Assembly (NCBI GenBank): GCA_963799485.1
Contig: CAWCXJ010000007.1
Span: forward strand, 1-64,000
DNA from: an uncultured Trueperaceae bacterium
GTDB lineage: Bacteria > Deinococcota > Deinococci > Deinococcales > Trueperaceae
Length of the DNA: 64,000 nt
Reading direction: 5' to 3'
The notes beneath the pieces were generated by a model. That model was given only the letters and a program-made list of their open reading frames with translations, was not told the DNA's origin and ran no database searches. Within the stretch, counting starts at the first letter, position 1. Every line of letters begins with the position of its first letter. Of this stretch, positions 56,114-64,000 are shown in pieces. Made by a program: the position numbers and the translations under genes.

Positions 56114-56428
56114 GGTTTCCTCTTTTCGCGCTCGAGTAGCCGGTCTATAAGCTCGAGCATCACCTGCGCCCTTCCCGAAGGCGCACCTTCAAAAAGCTCT
56201 CGGAGAGACACTTCTAAACCTTCAGGCACAGCTCGCAAATCCGGCAAATGTGCCCAAACCGCGCCCGCAGGCGGCACCGGTTTATCACTGAGCGCCCACA
56301 GCCCTGCTAACACCTTCCAGCTGTTGAGGCTTGTATAGTACCCGAGTTTTGGCATGTCGCCTACAGCCATCGCCGCGCTTAGTTTGAGCGAAGTGCTTTT
56401 GAGCCAGTAGGCTGACTTCTTACGAGTA
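56110..56428 (-). pseudogene. 3' remnant of a gene truncated by IS982
   Basis: The open frame runs from the IS boundary to a TGA overlapping the AKR start (GTGA). Confidence 0.55.
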
Positions 56429-57317
56429 ACCTCGGATGCTAGTTGACAGCTAGGAAGAGAAAGAGAGAAGCTCAGGTTTATGCGAACCAAAGAACTCCTA
56501 TCACAACAGACTGTAACAGACATTTTCACCGCCGTATAGGTTTTGGTAGACGACTATTTACAAGCAGCACAGCGATTAGGGCGCTTCAAGCTACCGCAAA
56601 AGTGTAATCAACGAGCAAGCTACGCTGAACTCTTAACTATTGTGCCGGTAGGCGAAGTACTGCAGCAGAAAAATCAAGGGTTGTGGTACTTGCTGGTCAA
56701 GTCAGACTACGGTGGGCTTTTTCCGGTGCTGCCTGAGCTGAGTCGCTTTTACCGGATTAGCCGTGATTTTGAACGCATCTATGCGGACTTAGCCTTGCTC
56801 AGCGCCGAACATGACGGCGTATATCCGATCGACTCGCAACCGTTGTCCATATAGGAATTCGCTATACCCGTGACCGCTTGTCAAGCGAAGCGACTTCAGG
56901 GCGCGGTGGCGCAACCAAGCGCTTTTATGGCTTTAGGTTACACGCCATTTGCAGTGGCACAGGCGCAGTTTGCCGCTTTGCGTTAGTTCCGGCAAACGAA
57001 CACGATGTCACTTTGCTAAATGTCTGCTCAACGAGCGCTATGACGATTTGCATAGCCTTATCGGAGACAAAGCTTACTTGGGGCTGGGCATTTATACGCC
57101 ACCAAAACAAAACGCTAAAAATCCCGGCTTCCGGTGTGACTTCTTTGCCCGTGCCAGAAAGTCTATCGAAGCTGTTTTCTCTTCACTCACACGCTGCCGC
57201 AATCTTGCTCTACAACAGCTCAACTCCTTCTGGAGTATTCGTGCCAGTGTCTGCCGTAAACTCGCGGCCCATAACCTTATCCTCTTCCTCTTCGCCCAAG
57301 CGTCTGGCATCCGAGGT
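56429..57317 (+). mobile_element. IS982-family element with a degraded transposase
   Basis: TIR ACCTCGGATGCTAG / CTGGCATCCGAGGT; fragments IDSQP, FYGFRLH, GDKAY and RKSIEAVFS with stops and frameshifts from ATG 56480. Confidence 0.88.
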
Positions 57318-57362
57318 TGAAAAAAATAAAAAGGTTTTAGAGATGAGACAGGACTCGAGGCT

Positions 57363-58511
57363 TTAACGGCCTGGTGACGTAATCTGATAAAGCACAATTT
57401 CGGGTCGGGCGTAGACGAGCAAAAAATCACCACCTGCCCAGAGCGGTTGACCGACGACCGCGCGCCACTGCCGGGAGCTTACCGAAAGCACGGTGTAGCG
57501 CCCATCACGAACGGCCTGCCAACGCCCGCCTGTCAGCGCGCCCGCAGGCAGAACGACCCGGGCATTTTGGACAACAGACGTAAGCGAAAAAAGGGGGTCG
57601 GGTAGCGCTTGCGGGAAGGTTTCGGGGGGTGCTTGACCGAACCAGGTCAGCTCGGGGCCGGCTGCGTTCGCCGTGCCGGGATTACCGAGCGCGGGGTAGC
57701 GCCCGCCCGTGCGGCTTACCGGGTCGAAGCGTTCGGCGACGACCAGAAACGGCGCGCCGCGGCCCGGTTCGTAAAAGATGTACGGACGAATCTGCGCTTC
57801 ACCCAAGCCGAGCGCTTCTGCCGCCTCTGCGAGCCGCGCTTGCCCGGTAGCGCTCAGCGCGCCGTCCGGTAAAGCGTCCGTTTCTGCTGCGAAAAGTGGT
57901 AAGTTGGTCACACGTTCTATAACATTTGCGTCAGCCGGTGTCGCGTCCGGGAGCGGCGCGGCCCGCCACGCCGCAAACGGTGATGCGGCGAGTTCGGGGG
58001 TCAGCACGCGGTAGCTGGCAATCAGCGGTTCGTTTTCAAAACGGCCCTGCGTTCTGAGAGCCGCCGCGTCACCCCAGGGGACGACCTCGAGCCGCTCAAA
58101 AGGCGTAAAACGGTAGCGTGCGACAAAACGGGGCTCGAGCGGAATCAAATCGGGCGGGATGCCCTCGGCAAGCGCCGGCACCGGCACGGTGCCGCCGACC
58201 CCGCGCATCGCCGCCGCATACGCCTGCGCCCCCTCCCGGTCGGCAAACGCGCCCACCCGCAGCCGGTAGACGGTCGTCTCCCCCGGTACGCTGACCAGAT
58301 AAGCCGGGTAGCCTTCGTCGCGGAGGGTGCGCCTGAGCGACTCCGCTGACGTCTGGTCCGACAAGGCCGCAACCTGTACGGTGTAAGAAATTGCCTGCGC
58401 TCCCGCTGCCGAGCCGACAAGATAAAACCCGAACAGCGCAAGCCCCAAAAACCAACCGACCAAGGAGCCAAAGTGGTGCGTTGAGATAGACATCGGCGCG
58501 TAGCGCTGCAC
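57363..58511 (-). CDS. SPOR domain protein
   Basis: YTVQVAAL..YRLRVGAF after a signal/TM segment. Confidence 0.82.
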   Translation of the reverse strand: MQRYAPMSISTHHFGSLVGWFLGLALFGFYLVGSAAGAQAISYTVQVAALSDQTSAESLRRTLRDEGYPAYLVSVPGETTVYRLRVGAFADREGAQAYAAAMRGVGGTVPVPALAEGIPPDLIPLEPRFVARYRFTPFERLEVVPWGDAAALRTQGRFENEPLIASYRVLTPELAASPFAAWRAAPLPDATPADANVIERVTNLPLFAAETDALPDGALSATGQARLAEAAEALGLGEAQIRPYIFYEPGRGAPFLVVAERFDPVSRTGGRYPALGNPGTANAAGPELTWFGQAPPETFPQALPDPLFSLTSVVQNARVVLPAGALTGGRWQAVRDGRYTVLSVSSRQWRAVVGQPLWAGGDFLLVYARPEIVLYQITSPGR

Positions 58512-58591
58512 CTTTTTAGCCTAGCATCCGAACGGGCCGCGTTCCAAGAGTGGTGAGCATATAGCCGAACGCGGTATTGGGTCAAGCCGGA

Positions 58592-60052
58592 CTACGACGT
58601 TTGGGCAAGTTCGCGGGTGAGGGTCTCGAGTTCACTCTCTAAGGGTGTCTGCTCGACCAACGCAGCGCTCAAGATGACCTCGATGGCCTGGTCGACCATC
58701 TCGTCGAAGTCCCCGGCCTCGACGACCGGCACGCCCTCGGTTTTGGCCTGCGCCACGCAAAAGTCCTGAATCATCCGAATCTCTTCAAAGTGCGAGAGGT
58801 AGTGTTCGCGGCGGCGGCGGCTCTGCGTTTGCACCTCACGCGTACCGAAGTAACTGCGGTGCAGTTCGGGGTCGGAGACGTGCAAGATAAGCTCGACGAC
58901 GGTCGCACCCTCTTGTTCCAGAGATATAAATCCCGGTACCAGATGAACGCCTTCCAGCACCACCGAACTCGCCTCGGCGACGCTGCGGTCGACGATGGCT
59001 TGCAAGGGCGCAGTCAGCTGCTGCACCTGCCGCTGAAAGCCGCGCACGACCCGTTTGCGTTTGGGTTTGGGTTGCTCAGACGGCAGCAGTTCGGCGCGCC
59101 ACGCCGTAAAACTCGAGGTGTGCAGCTCGGGGCTCAGCTCGGGGCTGATGAGAGAACGCAGCGCCTGCCGGATGGCGTCGGTCGAAACGCTGCGCGGCAA
59201 GCCCAAACGGTAGGCGAGCGCCGACGCGAGGTTCGATTTGCCGACCCCCGGCGCGCCGCCGATAAGAATCACCAGCGGCCTTTCAGGGCGGCGCAGGGCG
59301 TGCAAAAGCTCGTAGCGCCGTAAAAACTCTTCCCCTGCTTCTTGCAGCAAGAGGCGTTTGACGCTGCCGCGCAGCGTCGCCACCGGCAGGTCGCGCTGAC
59401 CCAGCCGCCAGAGCGCAACCTCGGTGCGTTTGGCAAGCTGGTGCGACAGTTCCGGGCCGAGCCCCAGCGCCATCAGGGATTGCGCCAGGATACCCCGCGA
59501 GTACGGTACCCGCACCCCGTCCTCGCCGATCACCCACAGTTCCGAAGGCCGCCCCTGCGCCGCCTCGAAACGTTCACGCGCCTCACGTCCGTAGCGCGCG
59601 CCAACCGCCAGCGCCGTCTGGTGTGCCAGCTCAGGCGGCGTAATCAGGCCCGAACCGCTCCGCCTGAGTTCTCCCTCGATTTGCCGCGCCAGCGTGTTCG
59701 CTTCCTTAAACGAGTAGCCCTGTTTCTCGAGCGTCCCGGCGAGGTTACGGCGCGAAAACGTCGTCTCTTCCGTACCTTCGTCGCGGACTCTTAAAGGCGC
59801 AAAAGGCGGCGGTTGTTCGGCAAAACGGGTCGCCGCTCCTGCGCCGTGCGCCTCTTTGACCAGCTCGGTCAGCGTTGCCATAAGCGCAGGCAGCTTGACT
59901 TCTTTTTTCCCCCGGTAGTGCTTTTCCAGCGCCCGCGCCAACCGAATCGAGTCGTCGGTAAGGAGACCTGCGCCCTGCAACGACTCGACGACCGTCCCGA
60001 GTTGAAACGGCACCTTGTCACCCTCACGCACAACCTTGAACCCCTGCTTCAT
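58592..60052 (-). CDS. 2-phosphoglycerate kinase-like P-loop kinase with N-terminal ATP-cone-like repeats
   Basis: GGAPGVGKS, STDAIRQALR and VLEGVHL; repeated (P)F/YSRG.L..SL units. Confidence 0.8.
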   Translation of the reverse strand: MKQGFKVVREGDKVPFQLGTVVESLQGAGLLTDDSIRLARALEKHYRGKKEVKLPALMATLTELVKEAHGAGAATRFAEQPPPFAPLRVRDEGTEETTFSRRNLAGTLEKQGYSFKEANTLARQIEGELRRSGSGLITPPELAHQTALAVGARYGREARERFEAAQGRPSELWVIGEDGVRVPYSRGILAQSLMALGLGPELSHQLAKRTEVALWRLGQRDLPVATLRGSVKRLLLQEAGEEFLRRYELLHALRRPERPLVILIGGAPGVGKSNLASALAYRLGLPRSVSTDAIRQALRSLISPELSPELHTSSFTAWRAELLPSEQPKPKRKRVVRGFQRQVQQLTAPLQAIVDRSVAEASSVVLEGVHLVPGFISLEQEGATVVELILHVSDPELHRSYFGTREVQTQSRRRREHYLSHFEEIRMIQDFCVAQAKTEGVPVVEAGDFDEMVDQAIEVILSAALVEQTPLESELETLTRELAQTS

Positions 60053-60111
60053 ACGTTTAGTTTAAGCCCGGCACAAAAGGCCAAAGGCGCAGACGCCGAC
60101 AAAAAACAGGT

Positions 60112-60702
60112 TTATCCATCCAGCGCACGCACCACGCTTAAAAAATCCGCAACGATGTTGCCGGTAAGTCCCCAAATCAGCCGCTCTCCTGTAGAACTCT
60201 GATGGGCGTAAAAATAGATCGTGCGGCGTTGTCCCTCCAAAAGGCGCGTTTCTTGCCGGGGCGTAAGCTCGAGGAGTTCAGCCAGCGGCACCGTAAAAAC
60301 CTCGGCGACCTCGGCAGCTTGGAGTATGAGCGGTTGAGGCCACCTTACGACACCGACGACCGGCGTAACGGTGTAGCGAGCGGGTGAGGGCAAGTCATGC
60401 AGCGTTCCCAAAAGCGAGGTTTCAGGAACGTCCAGGCCGATTTCCTCAGCGGTTTCGCGCCGCGCCGCTTGCACAACGTTTTCGCTCGCCTCGAGCCGCC
60501 CCCCCGGAAACGAAATCTGACCCGCATGGTTTGAAAGCGAAGTGCTGCGAACGGTGAAAAGCAGCTCGAGCCCCGCCGGTGTCCGCAACAGCGGCACCAG
60601 CACGGCGGCGCGGCGAAAGTCGGGGAAGTCCAGGGTTTTACGGGGGCGGTGTGGCAGTGCGTGTTTAAGTTTTGCCAGAAGGTCGTCGGGTTGAAGCGTC
60701 AC
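60112..60702 (-). CDS. NUDIX CoA pyrophosphatase (NudL-like)
   Basis: AAVLVP, HAGQISFPGG, ARRETAEEIGL and IWGLTG motifs. Confidence 0.93.
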   Translation of the reverse strand: MTLQPDDLLAKLKHALPHRPRKTLDFPDFRRAAVLVPLLRTPAGLELLFTVRSTSLSNHAGQISFPGGRLEASENVVQAARRETAEEIGLDVPETSLLGTLHDLPSPARYTVTPVVGVVRWPQPLILQAAEVAEVFTVPLAELLELTPRQETRLLEGQRRTIYFYAHQSSTGERLIWGLTGNIVADFLSVVRALDG

Positions 60703-61322
60703 GTAGCAGATTCGGTCGTTTCAGCCCGGGCGTCCGCCGCACGCCGTAAAGCGAGTTCGGGGTTGACCCCGGCGGCGCGGGCATAATCGGTTACGGCGAG
60801 TAAGAGCTTACCGAGCGCCGCTTCAGTCGGCAGCTCATCTAGTGCGGCTTTGATGTGTTCAGGATTGCCGGGCGACCACCCCAACTTACGACCCAATTCC
60901 GCCGCCCGCATCAGCGCCGGAAGACTACGCGGCACCCGTTCTGCCGGGGAAAACTCGACCCCGCCCCGCTCTTCAGTTTTGATTCGCTCCCAGTTGCGTT
61001 TGACCTCGGCTGAGTCGGCAACCTGGATGTCTCCGAAGATATGCGGATGGCGACGCTCGAGCTTCGCCACAATGCTCGCTTCGATAGCTTCGTAAGAAAA
61101 CGTCCCGGCCTCTTCTGCTATGGCCGCGTGAAAGGCGACTTGCAGCAAGACGTCGCCGAGTTCGTCCGCCATGAGTTTAGGGTCGCCCGTTGAAAGTGCG
61201 TCAACGGCTTCGGCGGCCTCCTCGAGCAAATAAGGCCGTAAACTTTCGTGCGTCTGTTCCTGATCCCACGGGCAGCCTTCAGGGGCACGCAGACGTCTCA
61301 TCGTCTTGAGGAGTTTGTCCAT
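60699..61322 (-). CDS. mazG: MazG nucleotide pyrophosphohydrolase
   Basis: GCPWD.EQT, EEAAE, ELGDVLLQ and RRHPHIFG motifs. Confidence 0.92.
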   Translation of the reverse strand: MDKLLKTMRRLRAPEGCPWDQEQTHESLRPYLLEEAAEAVDALSTGDPKLMADELGDVLLQVAFHAAIAEEAGTFSYEAIEASIVAKLERRHPHIFGDIQVADSAEVKRNWERIKTEERGGVEFSPAERVPRSLPALMRAAELGRKLGWSPGNPEHIKAALDELPTEAALGKLLLAVTDYARAAGVNPELALRRAADARAETTESAT

Positions 61323-61501
61323 AGGCTACTATAGCGGGCGTCGGCTTATTGCCAACGGAACCGTTATTTGCCTAAACGTCAGTGTCACTCTTACAGATAT
61401 ATGCCTTATGACTTCAGCGTAAGTCTACGCCCGTTTTGACCGCCGACGTCAGTTGACTTACCGCTGCTCGAGTGGTCTTTTCTCCCGGCTTTTAGCGCTA
61501 T

Positions 61502-62521
61502 TTACAGGTACTTCATATTTATCATCTTGCTCGTGATGAGTAGAGCCGTCCGGGTAGGTGTACTCCGGATGAGCCCGATGATCATCATGAGCGCAAGCTT
61601 GAAAGTGAGCTTCTTCGTCGTTTTCGCCTTGAAGGGGGAAAAGAGATGTTCGGTAAGCGCCGGTGCTGGTGAAGCGGCGTCGAGCCTACTCATAAGAAAA
61701 TACAGGGTAAGCACCCGCCAGTTACATTTTTGCCACTTGGAAACAGCGACTTCTACCCCCATAGCTGCCGCCGTCTGCTGTAAAAACGCACTCCGCGACT
61801 CGTAGCGCGCGAGGTTCTTACGAATATTTTTGAGGGTTAGCGCACCACGAGCTTGCGACACACCCGCCCCATGTTCGCGGTAAGCGCCCACGGCTTGATC
61901 GATCGTTGCGACAGTCCCAAACAGCGGGGCTGTATCCATCAAGTAGGCGTCTAACGCCCCTCTAATCGTACTGGACTCTGGAAGCGGCGCGACGGCATCG
62001 AGAAAAGATTTCCGCCAGGCGTTACCCGAGGTCGGAGGCGCGACGTAACTGCCTGGACCGTACTCGAGCACCTGCGACCGCAGGTTGCCCTCACCGGGTT
62101 TACGTCCGGGAATCTGTTTTCCGCTCCCTACTCCCCGCCCGTCTACGACCTGGAGAAATCCCTGCAACTTGACGATCTCGGCGTTTCGCATCTTTGCTGC
62201 ATAAAGAGATAAGGTGCCGGGCAAAAGATAATCGTCGGCATCGACACACACGACAATTTCACCGGTGCAGACTCGGATACCTGCGTTGAATGCTGAAGTT
62301 TGACCCCCATTTTCCTTAAAGATAGCGACCACAGGCTCTGCGTAACCCTCGATAACTTGTTTTGAAGCGTCTGCCGAGCCGTCGTCGACCACGACGACTT
62401 CTTTATGCGGGTAGTCTTGCTTGAAGATGCTGTCTAGACATTGACCAAGATACTGGGCATAGTTGTAGTTCGTAATCAAGACACTGATTTTCACCGGCTT
62501 TGTCTGGTGTTCTGCCAACAC
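61502..62521 (-). CDS. GT2 glycosyltransferase
   Basis: SVLITNYNY, VVDDGS, NGGQTSAFNAG and DADD motifs. Confidence 0.9.
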   Translation of the reverse strand: MLAEHQTKPVKISVLITNYNYAQYLGQCLDSIFKQDYPHKEVVVVDDGSADASKQVIEGYAEPVVAIFKENGGQTSAFNAGIRVCTGEIVVCVDADDYLLPGTLSLYAAKMRNAEIVKLQGFLQVVDGRGVGSGKQIPGRKPGEGNLRSQVLEYGPGSYVAPPTSGNAWRKSFLDAVAPLPESSTIRGALDAYLMDTAPLFGTVATIDQAVGAYREHGAGVSQARGALTLKNIRKNLARYESRSAFLQQTAAAMGVEVAVSKWQKCNWRVLTLYFLMSRLDAASPAPALTEHLFSPFKAKTTKKLTFKLALMMIIGLIRSTPTRTALLITSKMINMKYL

Positions 62522-62950
62522 GCCTAAAGTCTCCTTAGTAGTTAGAGTCTTAGTATCAGCCGGCGTTAGCGCTGCGGTTGCGTTTCAGCCCAACGCTTCA
62601 TAACCAATACCGGCAAAGCATGACGCTTAGTTTATCACTCTCATGATTTTTAGCTCAGCGTGTCGCAGCACTCCCTTTGGTGCTTTGTGTCGATGCCAAA
62701 AAACGAGTTTTTCCTTGTAAAACGCAGCAGCTACGCAAATGTACTCGCAAACTCATACAAACAGACAGCTAATTCGTCACACCTTAAGCAAACAGCTAGA
62801 ACCCAGCTCGAGCCCCACCCTCAGCAGCACCTTGACACACGAAACCGTCAGCGTCGAAATCGTGCCCTCACCCAAGCCGGTCAACCTCCCGACTAAAAAG
62901 CCGCGCACCGGATTCCCGGTAAGTCTCTGCCGCCTGACCGGGCACTCCGG

Positions 62951-63610
62951 CTAAAAGACCGCGCCGGCGTCACGAGCTTGCAACAATCTTTGCAACGCCG
63001 CCTCTTTCTCCGCCCGGTCACGTTCTGAAATAGGCGCAGCCAGATAACGGCGCAAGGTCGCCTCGTCAAGTTGCGGTTTGTAAAAGTCCCGAAACATCTC
63101 TACTGCCGAGAGCGTCTCGCCCTTGTAAGGGTAAAGCGTTACCGCATCACCGACCTGTACATATCCTTCTTGCAAAACGCGGCAGTACACCCCCGGACGC
63201 TCCGCCTGCCGAAACCGCCTGACGAACGCCGGGTCGCCCATACGCGCGGAGAGCGTGACGCAGGGAACGCGCGGGGACGTAACCGCGAGCCCCACCGTCC
63301 CTACCTCTAAACGGTCGCCGAGTCTTAAGGACGTACTCCCCAAACCACTTACCGTAAGGTTTTCGCCGAAAGTACCGGGTTGCAGCTCCTTGCCCAAAGC
63401 CTTAGACCACCACGCATAATCAGGCACGCCGTAAACGTACACTGCCTGGTCGATACCGCCGTGGTTTTCGGTGTCGCAGACGGTGTCACCCCTCAAACCC
63501 AAGACGCCGACCGCAACGGGATTCTGAGTCGCTTGCTTGTAAATACCCGTCTGCCCCGATTTGGCTTTTATTGCCTGAGCTTTACCGATATTGACGCTGA
63601 CCAGCTTCAT
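62951..63610 (-). CDS. MOSC / 3-alpha domain protein (YiiM-like)
   Basis: TGIYK, HGG.DQAV, FGENLT, PRVPC and GVYCRVL motifs. Confidence 0.9.
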   Translation of the reverse strand: MKLVSVNIGKAQAIKAKSGQTGIYKQATQNPVAVGVLGLRGDTVCDTENHGGIDQAVYVYGVPDYAWWSKALGKELQPGTFGENLTVSGLGSTSLRLGDRLEVGTVGLAVTSPRVPCVTLSARMGDPAFVRRFRQAERPGVYCRVLQEGYVQVGDAVTLYPYKGETLSAVEMFRDFYKPQLDEATLRRYLAAPISERDRAEKEAALQRLLQARDAGAVF

Positions 63611-63744
63611 AAGACTCCCTTGTAACCTCGAGCCCCCGTCAGCTACGCCGCGAGCCCAACCACACTCTAGCAGCGCTCAGGGCAGCACCATAAGCCCCTA
63701 ATAAGCCCCTAGCAGCTTGGCGATCTCACGGAGCCGGGTGTCCG

Positions 63745-64000
63745 TTGCTACCACCGGGGTCGCGCGCGGTTCCTCTCGGTGTCGACCTGATTGATTTACC
63801 CCCTTGCTCGCCCGAACTTCAACCCGCTGAAAAGTTATGGCGGCTCACCGACGAACCCCTTGCCAATACACTCTTTGACGACCTCGGCTCGCTGCAAGCA
63901 ACGCTTGATCAGCGTTGCAAGCTCTATCGACCCAACCCGATCTCATCTCACAAGAAACCCTCTTCCACTGGTGGCCGCTGACATGATAGAGGTTTATCCG
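63745..64000 (+). mobile_element. IS630-family transposase 3' remnant
   Basis: LPPCSPELQPAEKLW motif and a frameshifted FHWW tail; no N-terminal part is present. Confidence 0.75.

Overview
About 64 kb of GC-rich bacterial chromosome. The gene content and the many TAnnnT -10 boxes 5-7 nt before start codons (leaderless genes) point to Deinococcota, possibly a Trueperaceae relative; this assignment is an inference. Most genes are housekeeping or transport: comEC-comEA-ExeM nuclease, sodA, S8 protease, an ABC-F ATPase, tRNA-Arg(CCG), a PPIase, purH, class II nrdJ, a LacI/ABC/GH32 fructoside operon, a GGDEF protein, a peptide ABC transporter, acnA, trxA, a second sugar ABC operon, and 2-phosphoglycerate-kinase-like/NUDIX/mazG genes. 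There are also IS630 and IS982 elements. Several conserved genes carry single-base frameshifts, probably assembly errors. There is no CRISPR array, rRNA or prophage. The most notable observations are: (1) the palindrome CTCGAG occurs about 115 times by manual count, in all reading frames and between genes, resembling cyanobacterial HIP1; (2) a 3-codon uORF and an RBS-sequestering helix precede the ABC-F gene; (3) a cluster of candidate ncRNAs lies at 29.7-30.2 kb; (4) a low-GC orphan gene carries a HEPN-like RNxxxH motif; (5) NrdJ has an insertion resembling monomeric class II enzymes; (6) an 11-bp pho-box-like tandem array lies upstream of a diheme cytochrome gene. All calls were made by eye, without database searches.
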